Below are positions 13,601 to 27,600 of a stretch of 64,000 nt of DNA, piece after piece. The notes beneath the pieces are model-generated. The model searched no databases and had not been told where the DNA came from. It saw only the letters and a list, made by a program, of their open reading frames with translations. Numbering within the stretch: position 1 is the first letter of the stretch; every line of letters starts with the position of its first letter. Both the position numbers and the translations under genes were made by a program. The DNA is from Trichoplax adhaerens (Eukaryota; Animalia; Placozoa): NCBI RefSeq assembly GCF_000150275.1, contig NW_002060951.1:1312297-1376296 (forward strand). Direction: 5' to 3'.

Positions 13601-16600
13601 TGTATACATTTATATAAATTCGAGTGTTTACGTTAGTGTCGCCACGATCTATGCTTACTGTCTGCTAAATATTTCTATATCTTCGAATCAACAATCTAGC
13701 ATCGTTAAAAATAGAGTCTATTCATTTCTACCCTTAAAATTCACTCAATGGTGCCTTTATTGCTAGCTTGTGACATAAACTTTGCTGATAGTTAAAAAGA
13801 AGTCTATTTAAAGATCTCTTATTAGCATAGTAACAATAGCAGTTGCCAGTCATAACGGTAAATAATATAGCATGATTGATATTGAAATAAATAAGACGTC
13901 ACAGGCGTTCTATTTATACTATAAACTTCAGTAGTTGTTTATACGGGTGTTTTGTCCCATTTTGATCAAACAATAATTTAAATCTTTTTCATACCAACTG
14001 TCTAATAATAAAAAACGTAAAACCTATCCATAGGTACTAGTAGCCATATGCTTTGTTGTTATTACTAATCCTTTTCAGTCTTTTACTCGTATATTATTTA
14101 TCAATATAGAAATACGTCAATAAAACTATGACCTTTGCCAAGTATTAATTAACCTACTAACACAATGATAGGCGCTGGCAGAATCGATGATCATATGCAC
14201 TTGATGCTGCTATTTAGACGAAGACAATCGTTTATATTATAGTCCAAATGGGCACTGGTCATAAAATACGCGTAGTCTATAGCTGGTATAGTAATTGTTT
14301 ATGCTTGAGTTTGCAATCTAGAAAGTAATCTGAGTTTATAGGGTGAGACCGTAAATAATTTTGTTTTTCAGTTTAGTGTTTATTACATCCTATCTTTAGC
14401 AACTATCTTTCTTAGAACTTTATTATTTGCCTGCAACACTTTAATGGAATGTAAACATTGGAGATAATTAGAACAAAATTTTGTGCAACCGACATAGAAA
14501 CTGATGATCAAACTTACATATATGGGTCTAAGATTACCATTGAGTAATGCAGGCTCAATTTTATCTGAACTTTTGAGGTTTACTACTGCATTATAGAGCT
14601 CATAAGAATTAGATAAATCTATCTTAATACTCGTATGGTACATTAAGGATAATCCTCAATTATATGGAGTAGGATTTTAACTGAGTAATACCTATTCCAT
14701 GCATTAGCAAGGACATCTATCTTAAATTATAATTAGAGAATGTTCTAGTTCGCATGTTATAAGATAGTAAAACGCATATTAAAGCTACTGTAGTAAACAA
14801 TATTACGGACACATTACGTATGAAATAATAAATTCTAGCATATAAAAGAAAAGAACAGAGGTTCAATAGAACATTAATTTGATATGATTATAGAGTTATA
14901 CGGTACAGGTACAATAATTAAATAAAAGTATTTCAAATTTTGATAATTAAAATGTCGGAGATAACGATTTACCTATTATTTATGGAAATCTCCGAAAACA
15001 ATCATCTAGCAGTTATGCTAGTTACAGTATTACCTAATTTGAAGTAAAGAATATAGTATATTTACGTTATAGAAAAATCTTTATTTACAGGTAGAACAAG
15101 ATGTCTCATATAATCTTTATTTTAGCTTGCGTAAAGTTAAATTTGACCATTTCATTATGTTAGCAAAATATTTATTTTCGGTCAAGAAATACTATTTTTT
15201 ATATTGATTTAGAAATGGAATGATTAAAATTCAACTTTCATTCCTGATATATTAAATACAGAACTTTTTAATTTTACATAAATCTGATACATTTACTACT
15301 TCTAGGATGATAAATAAATAAGCAATATATCATGTAGCCCATTATAATTATGCCCGTATTTGATGGACTGGTTGTCAATTAAGTAATCAAATGATATATC
15401 TAGGAGGAGGATTTATTTGGTTGTTACTACAACAAAGCATTAGAGAAAAGATATAATTAGTAAACACATTCAATATATAACTAAAACTAGCACATACTTA
15501 TACTCAAGTCATTTGATTGAACTGAAGGACGAGAATTTTTTCTAACCTACTTAATGGAATAAATACATGAATACTAGGTTATATAAACATCACCCGGCAG
15601 CCTGCATAATCAAGACTTGTTTATTTGATAATATTACGACTGTAATATTGATGATTGACTATAATTGATGAATAGATTATCTACCAAGTTATAAAATAAT
15701 CTCTCAATAAAGTAAAATGAAATTTACTTCTCTAGCTGTATAAGTGATGAATCTACATAAGTTTTAGAGAAAACTATTATGATAGCTCATAGACTAGTAA
15801 ATATACATATTCTTTGATTATATATTCACAACTTATTTCTTATTCTCAATTACATGGAAATAAAGTTTGTATCATATGCTAGTTAAGATAACATTAATCA
15901 TATTAGGAAGACTTTAATTAAGTGAACAAGGCTGCAAAATAGCTCTAGTAATAACAAAGTGACGAATACTGGATTCGTATTTACAGAAGTACGATGCTAC
16001 TCTGCTAATTAAAATTTTCGCTACGTATCATTATTAAAAGTAGCATCTGTTATCTACTTAAATGTGTTAAAGATGTTAAGTAAGATAATTGCAGCAAAAC
16101 AAAATCATGTTAATAACTTAATTGATAGTCAATATATACCACAGATGGTCATGCATGATATGCCGAAAATATGTAATCTATTGCCGGAGAGGAAATGGCT
16201 GCTATCAAGTAATTTCAATGTTAATTAGCTTAATTATAGGTAAAATTTATGCAGATTACAATATTGCTGATAGCGATACATCATACACAATGCTACATTT
16301 AGATTGCTTCGAAATGACAGAGAAAGGAATGCAAAAAACTGGAACCTCTACTTTTATAAATCAGCTGGAAATGCATACTAGTTACTAATAACATTATGAA
16401 CGTTATAAAATCCATCATTAGTTTTATTGATTTTTACTATCTATCTATAATATAGTTTGATTCCTTGGACAATATTTACATCGCTATTGATTTTATATAG
16501 TTATATCAATAACTATTTAATTCCTAGCAATTAAGTCCTCATCGTCGTAAAATTTTATGCAATTTCCGACAACAATAATTAGGGTTGTGAATTTTTATCT

Positions 16601-18115
16601 AATTCATCATTAATTTGATACGATTATGCATTATTAATACTTCATTATAAATAATTTTATCTATATTTCTATTTATATTCATGTAATGTTAGGGCATACC
16701 ATCATTCGTTTTTGTATAACTTAACCTATAATACTACTTGGCTTCAACAGCTTTATGTGTATCAGCATTATCTAAATACAATTATGTTTGTAATAAAGTA
16801 AGCTTTATGAAATTTATCGACGGCATCATTACGTTTGCGCTATTTATCTACTGTATAGCATTTATTTAATTGTTCCATAATTTAGTCTAATTTGTTACTA
16901 GCTTTCTGCAATCATATCTCTAACATCCGTTTGATATTATTACAATTACTGTACGCCTATAACGTGATTAATTGCAGATCATTATATATATATATAACAT
17001 ATACACAAATAGTATCCGAAATTTTGTAGTTTTTGTAATGACTGAATAGAGGATTAGTCAGCTTTAGCATGGCATTTACATTTCATAATAACATTGGAAC
17101 GGTACGAATAATATAAAATTTGGATAGAATTGTATCGGCATTATAACTGAAAGAAATCAACTACTATATAGCAAAAATTAACATTCATAGCAAATAGCTT
17201 AATAGAATGTTGGATACAATAGAAAAGATATTAAAGCAATTATCAATCCGATAAGAAACATGAAATTTATTGAATAGTTGAACGAGTTAAGAAAGACAAG
17301 GAAATAGGCGTTGAATAATTCCCTTAGCTACAGTGTAACTAACATTAGGCTTACACTTATTGTATCAATTCAATAAGATTAATTAAATCAATACAAAAGG
17401 AATAATATAAAGTCAACAATTTACTCAATAGGGAGCGCTATGACGATTAATATACGTTGATAGTATTCTTATCAATTCAATTGCGAATTCTTGAAATTAC
17501 GTGGATGATAACTAAGCCTATTATCGTTTTATTTGTCTATAGTTTTTTTCTTAGATACAGTCCATGGCAGAATACTACTAACGTCCAATTTTAAATAAGA
17601 GACTTATCAAGATCAACAATAGAATAGATGGCGACTAAATGGGGGGTACTAATAATCAAAATGGGCTGGATGACATCAATTTAATTCTAATCAATTTGTC
17701 AACACGTGAATACAACCAGTTCATCACTTATCCAAGACAATAACACCCTCTTGGGCTATATAGACTTAGTGTCGGTTGCCATTTCTGTTAAAACTCTATC
17801 CTGTCATATTGTGTTGGTAGTTTTATGTTGCACGTTTTTGCTTGCCGGTACCCTTTAAACCGTTTTTCTCGACATCCTTTCTTAGTCGATTTAATTATTA
17901 TTATTGGCTACTTATTTCCTCGCTTTACAACCTGTAAACTATTTATCTATCTGTTAGTGAGATCATTTATTGGATATAAATCGTTTTATTCTGTAGGATT
18001 ATAGCTGCTGTTGTATGGTCAAGTTGAAAAATTTGATCCAAGTTAGCTTATGATTGTTTATTAGTTTATATTGATCGTTGGTTTAAAGCGGACTAATCTC
18101 CATACTACTGCCATC

Positions 18116-18961
18116 ATGCGTCTTGAGCCTAAATTGAGAATGCTACAGAGTCGAAGCCGCTCCAATCATTCACTACCAAAATTGCTAGAGCCATCTACAG
18201 TAACAGCAGATCAAGAAAGTAAAAAAATAGACTCATCTGGTAATAATTTCGTCCGAAGACGTTATACCTTTACCGCTAAAGATACGCCTGCTACTGATCC
18301 ACAGCGTGAAATTATTCGTCAACGTTTTGCAACAAGAAGACTCAGTAATAAGAACGATCAACTTCAGTGCCCATCGATTCCACAAGCAAATCGAAGGAAA
18401 AGTAGTGTTGGAAATTCTGTCTTGGTTAAACAAAATTATAACGAATCGCCCAATCGACGCCCTAGTATTAGAAGCCATGCAAATGAAAAATCTACACAAT
18501 CTGCTTTGCCTGGTTTAAATCAGTTGCATTTAGTACAACAAGCCCAATATTATAATGATAATCATAGTGTATGTTCGTATGATGCTGAAGATGAATATGA
18601 TAGCCATAATGATAATGATTCAATCAGTGATTCAAGCTCAGTTTATCAATGTTTAACCAAGAAAAATCTTAAATTAATTCCTAAATCAAGTCAAGCTATT
18701 ACTACGACAACCACTAATGAAGGCCAAAAGCAAAAGCTCGAAATGGGTTACGATTCCGGTATTAACGAAATCACAAATCTTCCATCATCATCATCTAAAG
18801 GTAAATTAAAACGTCGCAAAAAGAAATCCAATGATAGTCACCAACAGTGTGACCAAATGACTACACGTATCATGAATTGGCTAAATGATTGTCATGAAAA
18901 AGAACAAGAAGGCCAATTACCTATTCTATTTCAGAGCCAATTAACTAATTATCGCTGTTAG
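18116..18961 (+). CDS. Intronless hypothetical protein (~281 aa), Ser/Arg/Gln/Asn-rich, probably disordered
   Basis: An 846-nt open frame in a very AT-rich region where random ORFs are under 300 nt. ATG at 18116 in CATCATGC context. Contains RRxS/T motifs, an acidic Asp patch and a basic KRRKKK cluster. No recognisable domain. Confidence 0.7.
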   Translation: MRLEPKLRMLQSRSRSNHSLPKLLEPSTVTADQESKKIDSSGNNFVRRRYTFTAKDTPATDPQREIIRQRFATRRLSNKNDQLQCPSIPQANRRKSSVGNSVLVKQNYNESPNRRPSIRSHANEKSTQSALPGLNQLHLVQQAQYYNDNHSVCSYDAEDEYDSHNDNDSISDSSSVYQCLTKKNLKLIPKSSQAITTTTTNEGQKQKLEMGYDSGINEITNLPSSSSKGKLKRRKKKSNDSHQQCDQMTTRIMNWLNDCHEKEQEGQLPILFQSQLTNYRC

Positions 18962-20009
18962 AATGATATGAAATTACTTTTTATTCTTGATATGAGATAT
19001 TAAGATAGAAAAGGAAAGATTTAAGATAGCTTTATTAATTTTGCAAACTCATTGACCCCCGATAATCATGCCATAACCTTTTAATATTTACTGTATATTT
19101 GAATCAACTGTGAGGTGTTTAGTGGTCCAATACTTCATTATTTCCTCATTTAGTCCTGATGACTGGTCATAAGCTTTTCAATTTAAAACAATTCTCTTTT
19201 CCTTCTAGCCTGACAAACAAATAGTGAATCATCATCCTATTCAATGTCATGTTTTACAATTTGACAATCTGCATTGAACTATAACTATTCTATAATAGTA
19301 GAATTCAATCATAACGTCTACATCAATAGTTATAATGAAATGTTATTTTATCTAAGATGTTCCAGATTGTTTCAATCGCTGAATCTCTTGTTTTTTATCG
19401 CGTCAACATAATAACTTACAAAATAACTCTAATTACTTTAATATGCCAACCGTATTCATTGTTATCCAGAGACTTTAACAACAACGTGATCGCTATTTTT
19501 ATGAAATGAAAAATAATCTTTAGTATTGCTATAATGTTGTTAATGATGACTATATGGGGCAAGAATGAAGGCAAAAAAATAGGACAAATCACTCTTTTAA
19601 CGGGATATTATCGACTTAAGCTATTTATTCAACTGTTATTTTACTTAAATGATTGATAGATTGCCTGTATAATTAGGATAATTTATAAAGATGAATTGAA
19701 GAAAGATGTACCTTTTTATTGTAAAATATCATTACTATTGGCTAAAAATGCTTTTTAATATGTACCATTTATGAGCGTGTAACGCTTATAGGCTAAAATT
19801 TTTATATGATGTAAATTATTGTATTCTAATATAGAATTTGAAAAATTCGTAGCGAATTAATAAACAAAAAGCAACAAGAATTCATTTCATTCTCTTTTAG
19901 CCTACTTGATTTGTGTTTAAATGAGCATAAAGATTGAAAAGACTTAACCAGTTTCTATTCCGCATTGTACTCCATAGAACCTCGTATATAGTTTCTTTTC
20001 TCTAAGATT

Positions 20010-20358
20010 GGGTAAGGCTGATATACTTTTGATACACTAATAGAAATGATAAAGTTCATGACTACAAGATAGACAATAATTTCTTGAATCATACTACATA
20101 AATCCGAAGGATTTGTCGCTATGCAAAATGCTTATATTGATTATAGGATAGTTATTCATTTCTTGCATCATGGTACAGTGTCGTGTAAGTTAGGGCAAGA
20201 CTGATATACTTTCGAATAGAAATGATAAAGTTTATGGTTGCAAGATAGACATAGATTTCTGGAATCATACTACACAAACCTGAAGGATTTGTTGCTATGC
20301 TTAATGCTTCTACTGACTGCAGGATAGCTATTAATTCCTTGTATTGTGGAATAGTGTT
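20010..20358. repeat. Diverged tandem duplication, 2 x ~175 bp
   Basis: CTGATATACTTT..AATAGAAATGATAAAGTT..CAAGATAGACA..GAATCATACTACA..GAAGGATTTGT.GCTATGC at ~20010 and ~20192. Confidence 0.85.
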
Positions 20359-21259
20359 TGAAAAAGACTGCTGTTAATATGAACTATGCGAGTTAGGCAT
20401 TTACGCTTATTTTTTAATTCCTATTTTGCCTCAAAACGCTCACGAAAAAGACTTAATTTCAAGTCAGGAAGTAAAACTCTCCCGGACTAAATGAGGTTGG
20501 CGGTGACATACGATGGAAATATTTATATGACATATACAAAACGAAAACTTGTTATATCTGTACGTTGATCTGCAGTAGCAGAGCCATAGATTAACATCAG
20601 CCTAATTAATAAATTAAATATAGAAACATACTAAATCATTGCTATCAAGTTATTATTTAGTAATGGTCTATAATTGAGATTCGGGTTGTAATTGCCCTCT
20701 GAATTAATGCAACAGAAAAATGCTACATGGAAAATCTATCTGCCTGTTTCTGAATAAATCACTCAACAGGTTGTTGATCTTTCTGCGACTTCATCAGGGC
20801 TATGTATCAAGAAGTATATTATGTAATATGTAAATCATTTACGCACCAAAGTCATGTCAAAATGGATATTATGGACTAGGACTTAAACCTAATCGGCCAA
20901 TTTTATTTATTGCTAGTCCAATGTATTTAATAATATCTAAGTCATGAGAAAGCCCATCTGCTAAAAATTGGAGGTTATTGTTAATTATAACAATAATAGC
21001 CATTATGCTAAAATATAGAAGAGAATCTATCCAAACATAATAGTCCATGAGTCTTAACACAACATGAATATAGCTATAAAATACTGAAAATATCTTAGAG
21101 GATGACAGCTTTATTATGGCATAAACAGAATCTTAAAACGGAAGCGAATTTACTCTAGTATCCGCAAAACAAGGCATTAAATTTTTGCACAATAATGTTG
21201 TACAATAGTTTTCATCATCGTACCAGATCTATAATAAATTACTTCGTGGCATAAATTGG

Positions 21260-21682
21260 TAAAATTAATGTGTATCGTACTGTTCGCTCGCATAACTCTT
21301 AAGTAATTGTTTGATTAAGTTTAAATGAGGAACTATATTAATATTAAAATAGTAAAAATAAATTATATAAAATTAATGTACCTATCAAATCATTCGGTCC
21401 CATAATTCTTAAGTAATTGTTTGATTAGGTTTAAAAATGTGAAGTGATATTAACATTAAAGTAGTTAAAAATAAATTATATAAAATTAATATGACTATCA
21501 TAGTGCTCAGTCCCATAATTCTTGAGCAATTATTTGGTTACGTTCAAAATTATGGAGCATTATCAATATTAAAATAGTGAAAAAATTATATAAAATTAAT
21601 ACATCTATCATACTATTCGGCCCCATAAAGTAATTGTTTGGTTAAGTTTAAAAATGTAAAACAATATTAATATTAAAATAGC
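21260..21682. repeat. AT-rich minisatellite, ~3.7 copies of a ~115-bp unit
   Basis: AAAATTAAT...CCATAATTCTTAAGTAATTGTTTGATTAAGTTTAAA...ATATTAATATTAAAATAG...AAATTATAT recurs near 21261, 21369, 21482 and 21592. Confidence 0.9.
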
Positions 21683-24663
21683 ATAGACCAATCGTTATCT
21701 TTATTTTGTAAACTATCCTAAGCAAACATTACATTAGTAGAGCCAAGAGAAGAAATCTCTTTAATCGGCGGCACGGTGACAGAATATCAAAATAAATATA
21801 CTTAGTTAAGGCATCCTATCGTCATTTGTATGAGCAAATTGTATGGATATCAATTAGCAATCGTTACCCCATATCGCGCCAAGTTTATCTTGTTGTGTTG
21901 GAAAGCAAGAGGGTCCGACTAGCCGAAGAAAGTTATATTAAATCTGCAATTATATTAATTAATTATAAATAGATCAACGCATCCTATTTGTTTTAAAGAG
22001 AATAATTACAATTTACTACTGTACATGTTAGATCAGATCGATCGGCAATTGTTGCTCTATATTGCGCCAAGTTTAGTAAAGGCTGTCAATGTTGAGACTA
22101 GGAATCAGTTAATCTTATAATACTTCTATCAAGGGATAAAAACAATTACCAATTACGATAACAAGTGAGCCTTAAGAATTTTGCGATTTCTATTTAGAGT
22201 GAGGAGCAATAAATGATTTTATTCACCTTTCGTGTTGAAACAACACATTAGATGAAGCTAGGTCCATTTTATAGTTGATTAATTAAATCTTGGTTGAATG
22301 GATTGCTGATATGAAAGAATTTAGACATCCATAGTGGTATCTATTAATGAGACGTAGGATATATCGATAACAGAAATCAATTTGTCTAAAAAAGCTTATT
22401 TCAATAAATAATTAAACCTAGATTAAATAGGAGCTTTGTTTAAATCAATCAGAAAGCAAGAACGATATAGAATAATAAATTTAGCCGCATGAATAAATGT
22501 TCTAAAAAGTAAATGAAGGAATATATATATTATTAAAAATGGTTAAATGAAATGGAATAGTGTAAACGATATCATAACCTTTCTAGGAAATAGAACAAGG
22601 GAGTTTTGTATTCTATAGTTTACCAATCCTGTTGATATAATTTATATATTGTAGTTCTAACAGCTATACTTGCCACAATAGATAGAATTAAATTATTCAT
22701 TAAATTAATAGCTAACATCTCAGCGCTGATACTTTCTCATTACATCGAATAATTTCTTCGTTTGTCCATTAATGATGTTACATTCATGTGACGCCGTTGC
22801 TATTCGGAATGTTACACCTAATATTGTGCCGAGGCGCCAAAATGAGATATCGTAGGAGTATTTATAACTTGGGAATAAGAATTGAATATTAATAGATTAG
22901 ATACAAAGTTGGCTGTTAAAATAATAATCGCAACCTGATACAAATGCATATCATGAGCTATTTGACTTACGATTGTATTTATAATCTGTATTCGTTTAAA
23001 ATGCTCTCATAGTTGTGTAATGTAATTATTCAAATTCATAATTTCAAATATGTCAATATATGGAAAGCTATGACTAATAGCAGAATAAAGTATATATTAA
23101 TGACAAGCCCGCACAATTTACTTTAAACTATTAATTATGTAAAAACGAGAACTAGAAAAAATTATTTATAAGTAATGGGTTTATAAAGTTCACCTCAATC
23201 TAAAATGTACTACCAGTAACTTCACATAGACTATTTAAATTTGGTCGTTTAAGTATGCCTCGAATTATTGATTTTCAAAGGAAACTGAATTTACCTATTT
23301 ATAGTTATTTTAGTATCAGCTACTGGCATTTCATTAGTCACAGTAAAAATTACAAATCCGTGCTACAATAAGTTCTAGAGTATACTAAGGTGGTGATCGA
23401 TGCACTCGCTAGTTAACGCATCTAATTAAATTTCGGATGAGGGTTGTGGATTTTTTATGATATTAACAAGATACTTGAAAGACTTCCGACATAAATCAAG
23501 TTCAAATAAGATTTGTATATTATTAGTCCATTGCTGCCATCAATAAAGTCAGAATTAATTAGCTGTATACTAATGATCATGAATAAAATACTTGTTACTT
23601 TTGCTTTATTGCTTATAGTGATAAAAGCAGGTAGAATGTATGCTTCGATAGGTTCTAAAGTACATCAAGGTCAAAACAAACGTATTAATTGATTACCGTA
23701 CCTGAGCATATTTAGGTTTAGAGTTACGGAAGTCATATATTTTGGAAGAGATTTGAAAAGACTTCCAACAGAACTACGTTTAAAAATTTTTGTATGTTAT
23801 TTGCCTCAAAATAGATAGAAATACAGTATAACTTATGTGTAATATAAATGTATCATAGTATAGTAGGCATAGTCATCAAGGTAGTAAAACATCATTACTA
23901 GCCAACATTCATAATGCTCAGTAGAACATAATTACTAGCTATTCGCAGTGATCCTATATTGGAAATAGATTTCTACAATTGCAGTAAGATTATATATGTT
24001 ATTCAGTATCTAAATCGCTTTGCATAGGTATTGAATCATGAGTATTTCTGTTATAAGGATTACAGGGAGAATTCGATTTCAAGAAATAATTATAACATCT
24101 CCACTCTGTTCTGTACAATAATGTGAGTAGCTGATCCTTACCAGGAAGATTACAACTAATAACGTTATTCCATCTGACGTAAGCGTATAATGATGATTGC
24201 GCTTTATTTGACAAACTCAACACCATTAATTAATCGCTTATCGCTTATAGTAGTACTGCATAAACAGAATCTATTTGAGACGCTTTCAAAAAGGAAATGA
24301 TATACAAGCTGTAGTACGATCAAAATTTGGATATCATTCAGAAGTGTCTGATAACAGTTATTCAAAAATAGTTCTCTTTGAATATTATAAAACAGAATTT
24401 CCTTACGATGCTAAAAATTCAGCAACTGGATATTAATTTTTACAGGATCGTATTGAGTCAGAATTGCAAATAAGTACAATTAGTAGTTGTTGTATGGTAG
24501 GAAATATAAATAACATAGGCAAAATACAGACTCTAATAACGATATAGAATTAGTGGAAAATTGAACGTTGTTTTAAAAACACGTAGATGCCATCAAAAAT
24601 AAATTACTGTAGCATATACTTTAAAATCTGCCTATTTGATAGATTGTGATATTGCAACAGAAT

Positions 24664-27600
24664 TTAGCCTCTACGTTTTCGAATTGCTTCAATCTCTATT
24701 GGAGGTGTTTGAAGAATATTAGACTTGATCATAATAATAGTAACAGATATAAACTGATTAAAAGTAAGCAAAATCAAGAGAATACAGCAAGTTAACTTAA
24801 ATTGTTCTGTTTTAGCTTTGAGAGTATAAATTAACCAGCCTAGTGATACTAGATTGCTAACCAATCCTACTGAGGTAGCAATTAAATAATTTATTATCTG
24901 AAAATATAAATACAGTAATCAGTTAGATTTACAATTATTTTCAGGTAGTAAGAGAAAAACTTACTAATTTTTCAGATGAATTTCTAGCTTGTTGACAACC
25001 AAATATAAAGGAAACGATAGCCTAAGAGGTAAAAAAATTAAGATTACAACGTATACGATTATATTTGCTCTATCTATTAAATAGAGATATAAGCAAGCTT
25101 TTACATCTATATTAATGTTATGTATAAAGTATCCAGAGTGCGTAGCTCGTGAATCGAATATCAATTTTGGAGTAGAAATGAAATTATCAATTTCTTGTAG
25201 AAAGTCAAATTTTTGTTAATTATACTGTGATTCAACTACTATTTTCAATCTCACCATGATTGCTGTTGGAACTGTAAGTTGCAATAACACAGGTGCAGTC
25301 GATACACTAGGGATAAACCACTGTACAATGATTATACAGCCACAGCAAAGTTGACCTAATCCACTAAAATAGCTCACTTTGGATAAAACGGTATTTTCGA
25401 GAAAGATCTTAGTTATATTCCTCCAACTGATCAAGTTTACTAAAGTAGGAATACGATCGCAGATAGAATTAATACAAAAAATGCTGAAACTTGTTATAGC
25501 AGAATCGAGGATCAGGAGGCTAAAAGAGTAGAATGTCCAAGTTGGAGTAATAACAGCGGTGTAGAAGATAAAAATACTGTTAATTAATCCACTAATGGCG
25601 ATAATATAGGCGAAAAATTCAACGGCTACCGCCTACAAAATTGAATCCGTTTTATCAACTTAGTGGATCGATATGAAGGATATTCTACTAGATGATTGAA
25701 AGATAGAATAATCATGCTGTAATCAAATCAAGTGTGATCTTACCGTAAACGATAAATTACAGCTGCGCTGGCAGATTATCCCGATATTACCTAAAACTAA
25801 CATCTATAAATGATCCAATTTATTACGGTTAGACTGTGATATGATAACATTATTGGAGCAATCATATTCACTTTCCCAGAATGATATTAATTAATATAAT
25901 AAGAAATTGGAAACTACAGTAATGATCGTAACAGATGATTCTTACATTGGTACCAAGATAGGTATTGGATAGCTGCCTGCCAAAAATTAAATTTAAATAA
26001 TAATGTATCAAACCGATACATCCTGCTATTAAACATTGCCTGCTAATCTTTCTAGTTATTAAGCAAGTATTGGTGACTTCTTCTTGTCCCACAGAATTTT
26101 GTAATTCCATCCAGTATTGGTAGCTGCTGTAGATGTTGGAAGAGATGATAATAACATCGATGATAGCCATGTAACTAATAGCTACTTTTTGATTAAATGT
26201 TAGACTCTGGGCCAGTGGCATTTCATAAAAAGCTGTTGACGAAGCCATTGAGGTAGACATTGCCATAGCGGTAGAAATAATAGTCATCAAGGAGAATGAA
26301 AAGCTGAATAACAACTACAAAATAAATAATATTGAAAAATAGAAGATCAGAATGATATTACCATTAAATGTTTCCATTCCTACGTCCAATTGATTGCTGT
26401 TAAGCAGCGAAATTGATATGCCAATATGCAATTACAACAGGAATGATTCAGAGTATGGTAGTTTAAGGTCTACCTATGGTCTAAAAGGCATCATTTATTT
26501 TCATGGACTTTAAGGGGTTAACACAGTTTATTATTTTAACTCTGTTTGAGCAATACAATCTTAATTGGTCTAATCCTATAACCAACAGTTGGTAAAAGTA
26601 GAAAGCATGAAAATATTGACACTACAAAAGATTTTGTTTTAATATCTTGAGTATTAATGTTAATGATATTTACTATTGCCTTTATTGAAGCATAAGGTAG
26701 TCGGGCAGATAACAACTGCAAGAGTAAAGCTATGAGCTTACTCTTATCTTGAATACTGCAATATCGCTTGCTTAAAGCTCAATGTCAGTCATATCATCTT
26801 CCACTAAGTTTAATTTAATGTTAAAGTGGATAACTTAAGTACAATGAACAGTATTATTGTTTGGAGCTCTAGTATAAAGGGAATCTTCTTACCAAAGTCA
26901 TAATGAACTTATTATCTATCTCAATTGATATTATTGAGAATTTGGCGTTTATATTAGAAGTTGTGACATCAATTAGGACTGTAATATGACTCCTTAAAGC
27001 TTAAAATCAGCCATATCATCTTTCATAAGTATTTTTTGAGAATTGTGTAGAGGGAATTTGCTCATGAAAGTCAGCTGATGCTTATATTAGAAGTCTTAAC
27101 ATCAATCAACGTCATCAACAGAAGCTATTCCTATTCAGTAATACGGTCATTTTGGGCAGCATCCAGTACACTAAAAATCTCCAAGTTATTTCTATCTTGA
27201 AGGCCCTTTATGTTATTTCCTCTAAATGTTACGTCGGATAAAAGTACTCATCGTAGCTATTTCTTATTAGTGTAGATGGAAAGAGAGTAATCTATTAAGC
27301 GTATTAACTACGACAGTGCATTCATTCGAGTAGTCGTTTGGCGAGACCAAGTAGGCTAAAAACCTGAGGTTTTAAAGACCTTCTATGCTACATTTTAAAA
27401 GTTTATGCCATCCGAAATCGCCTATCACAAGTCTTGTTAATGTAATTAATTTTATCAAGACTTATATTCTACATCTTGAAGAACTATGATGCGCTGGTAA
27501 TAGGCTTTACCATCGAAGCGATATTCTAGACGATGTTTTACAGAGGAGATTGGCACAGTAACACTATAAGCTTGTCAATATTTATTCTAGACCTTTTGCT

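Noticed and set aside
10993-17600. Short ORFs at 10993, 11664, 12768, 14383 and 16122
   Set aside because: They are under 100 aa, have Ile/Leu/Tyr/Asn composition reflecting AT bias, often use non-ATG starts, and form no phase-consistent exon chain or motif.
21260-21682. Regularly spaced repeats as a possible CRISPR array
   Set aside because: The whole ~115-bp unit is repeated with no unique spacers, there are no cas genes, and the context is eukaryotic.
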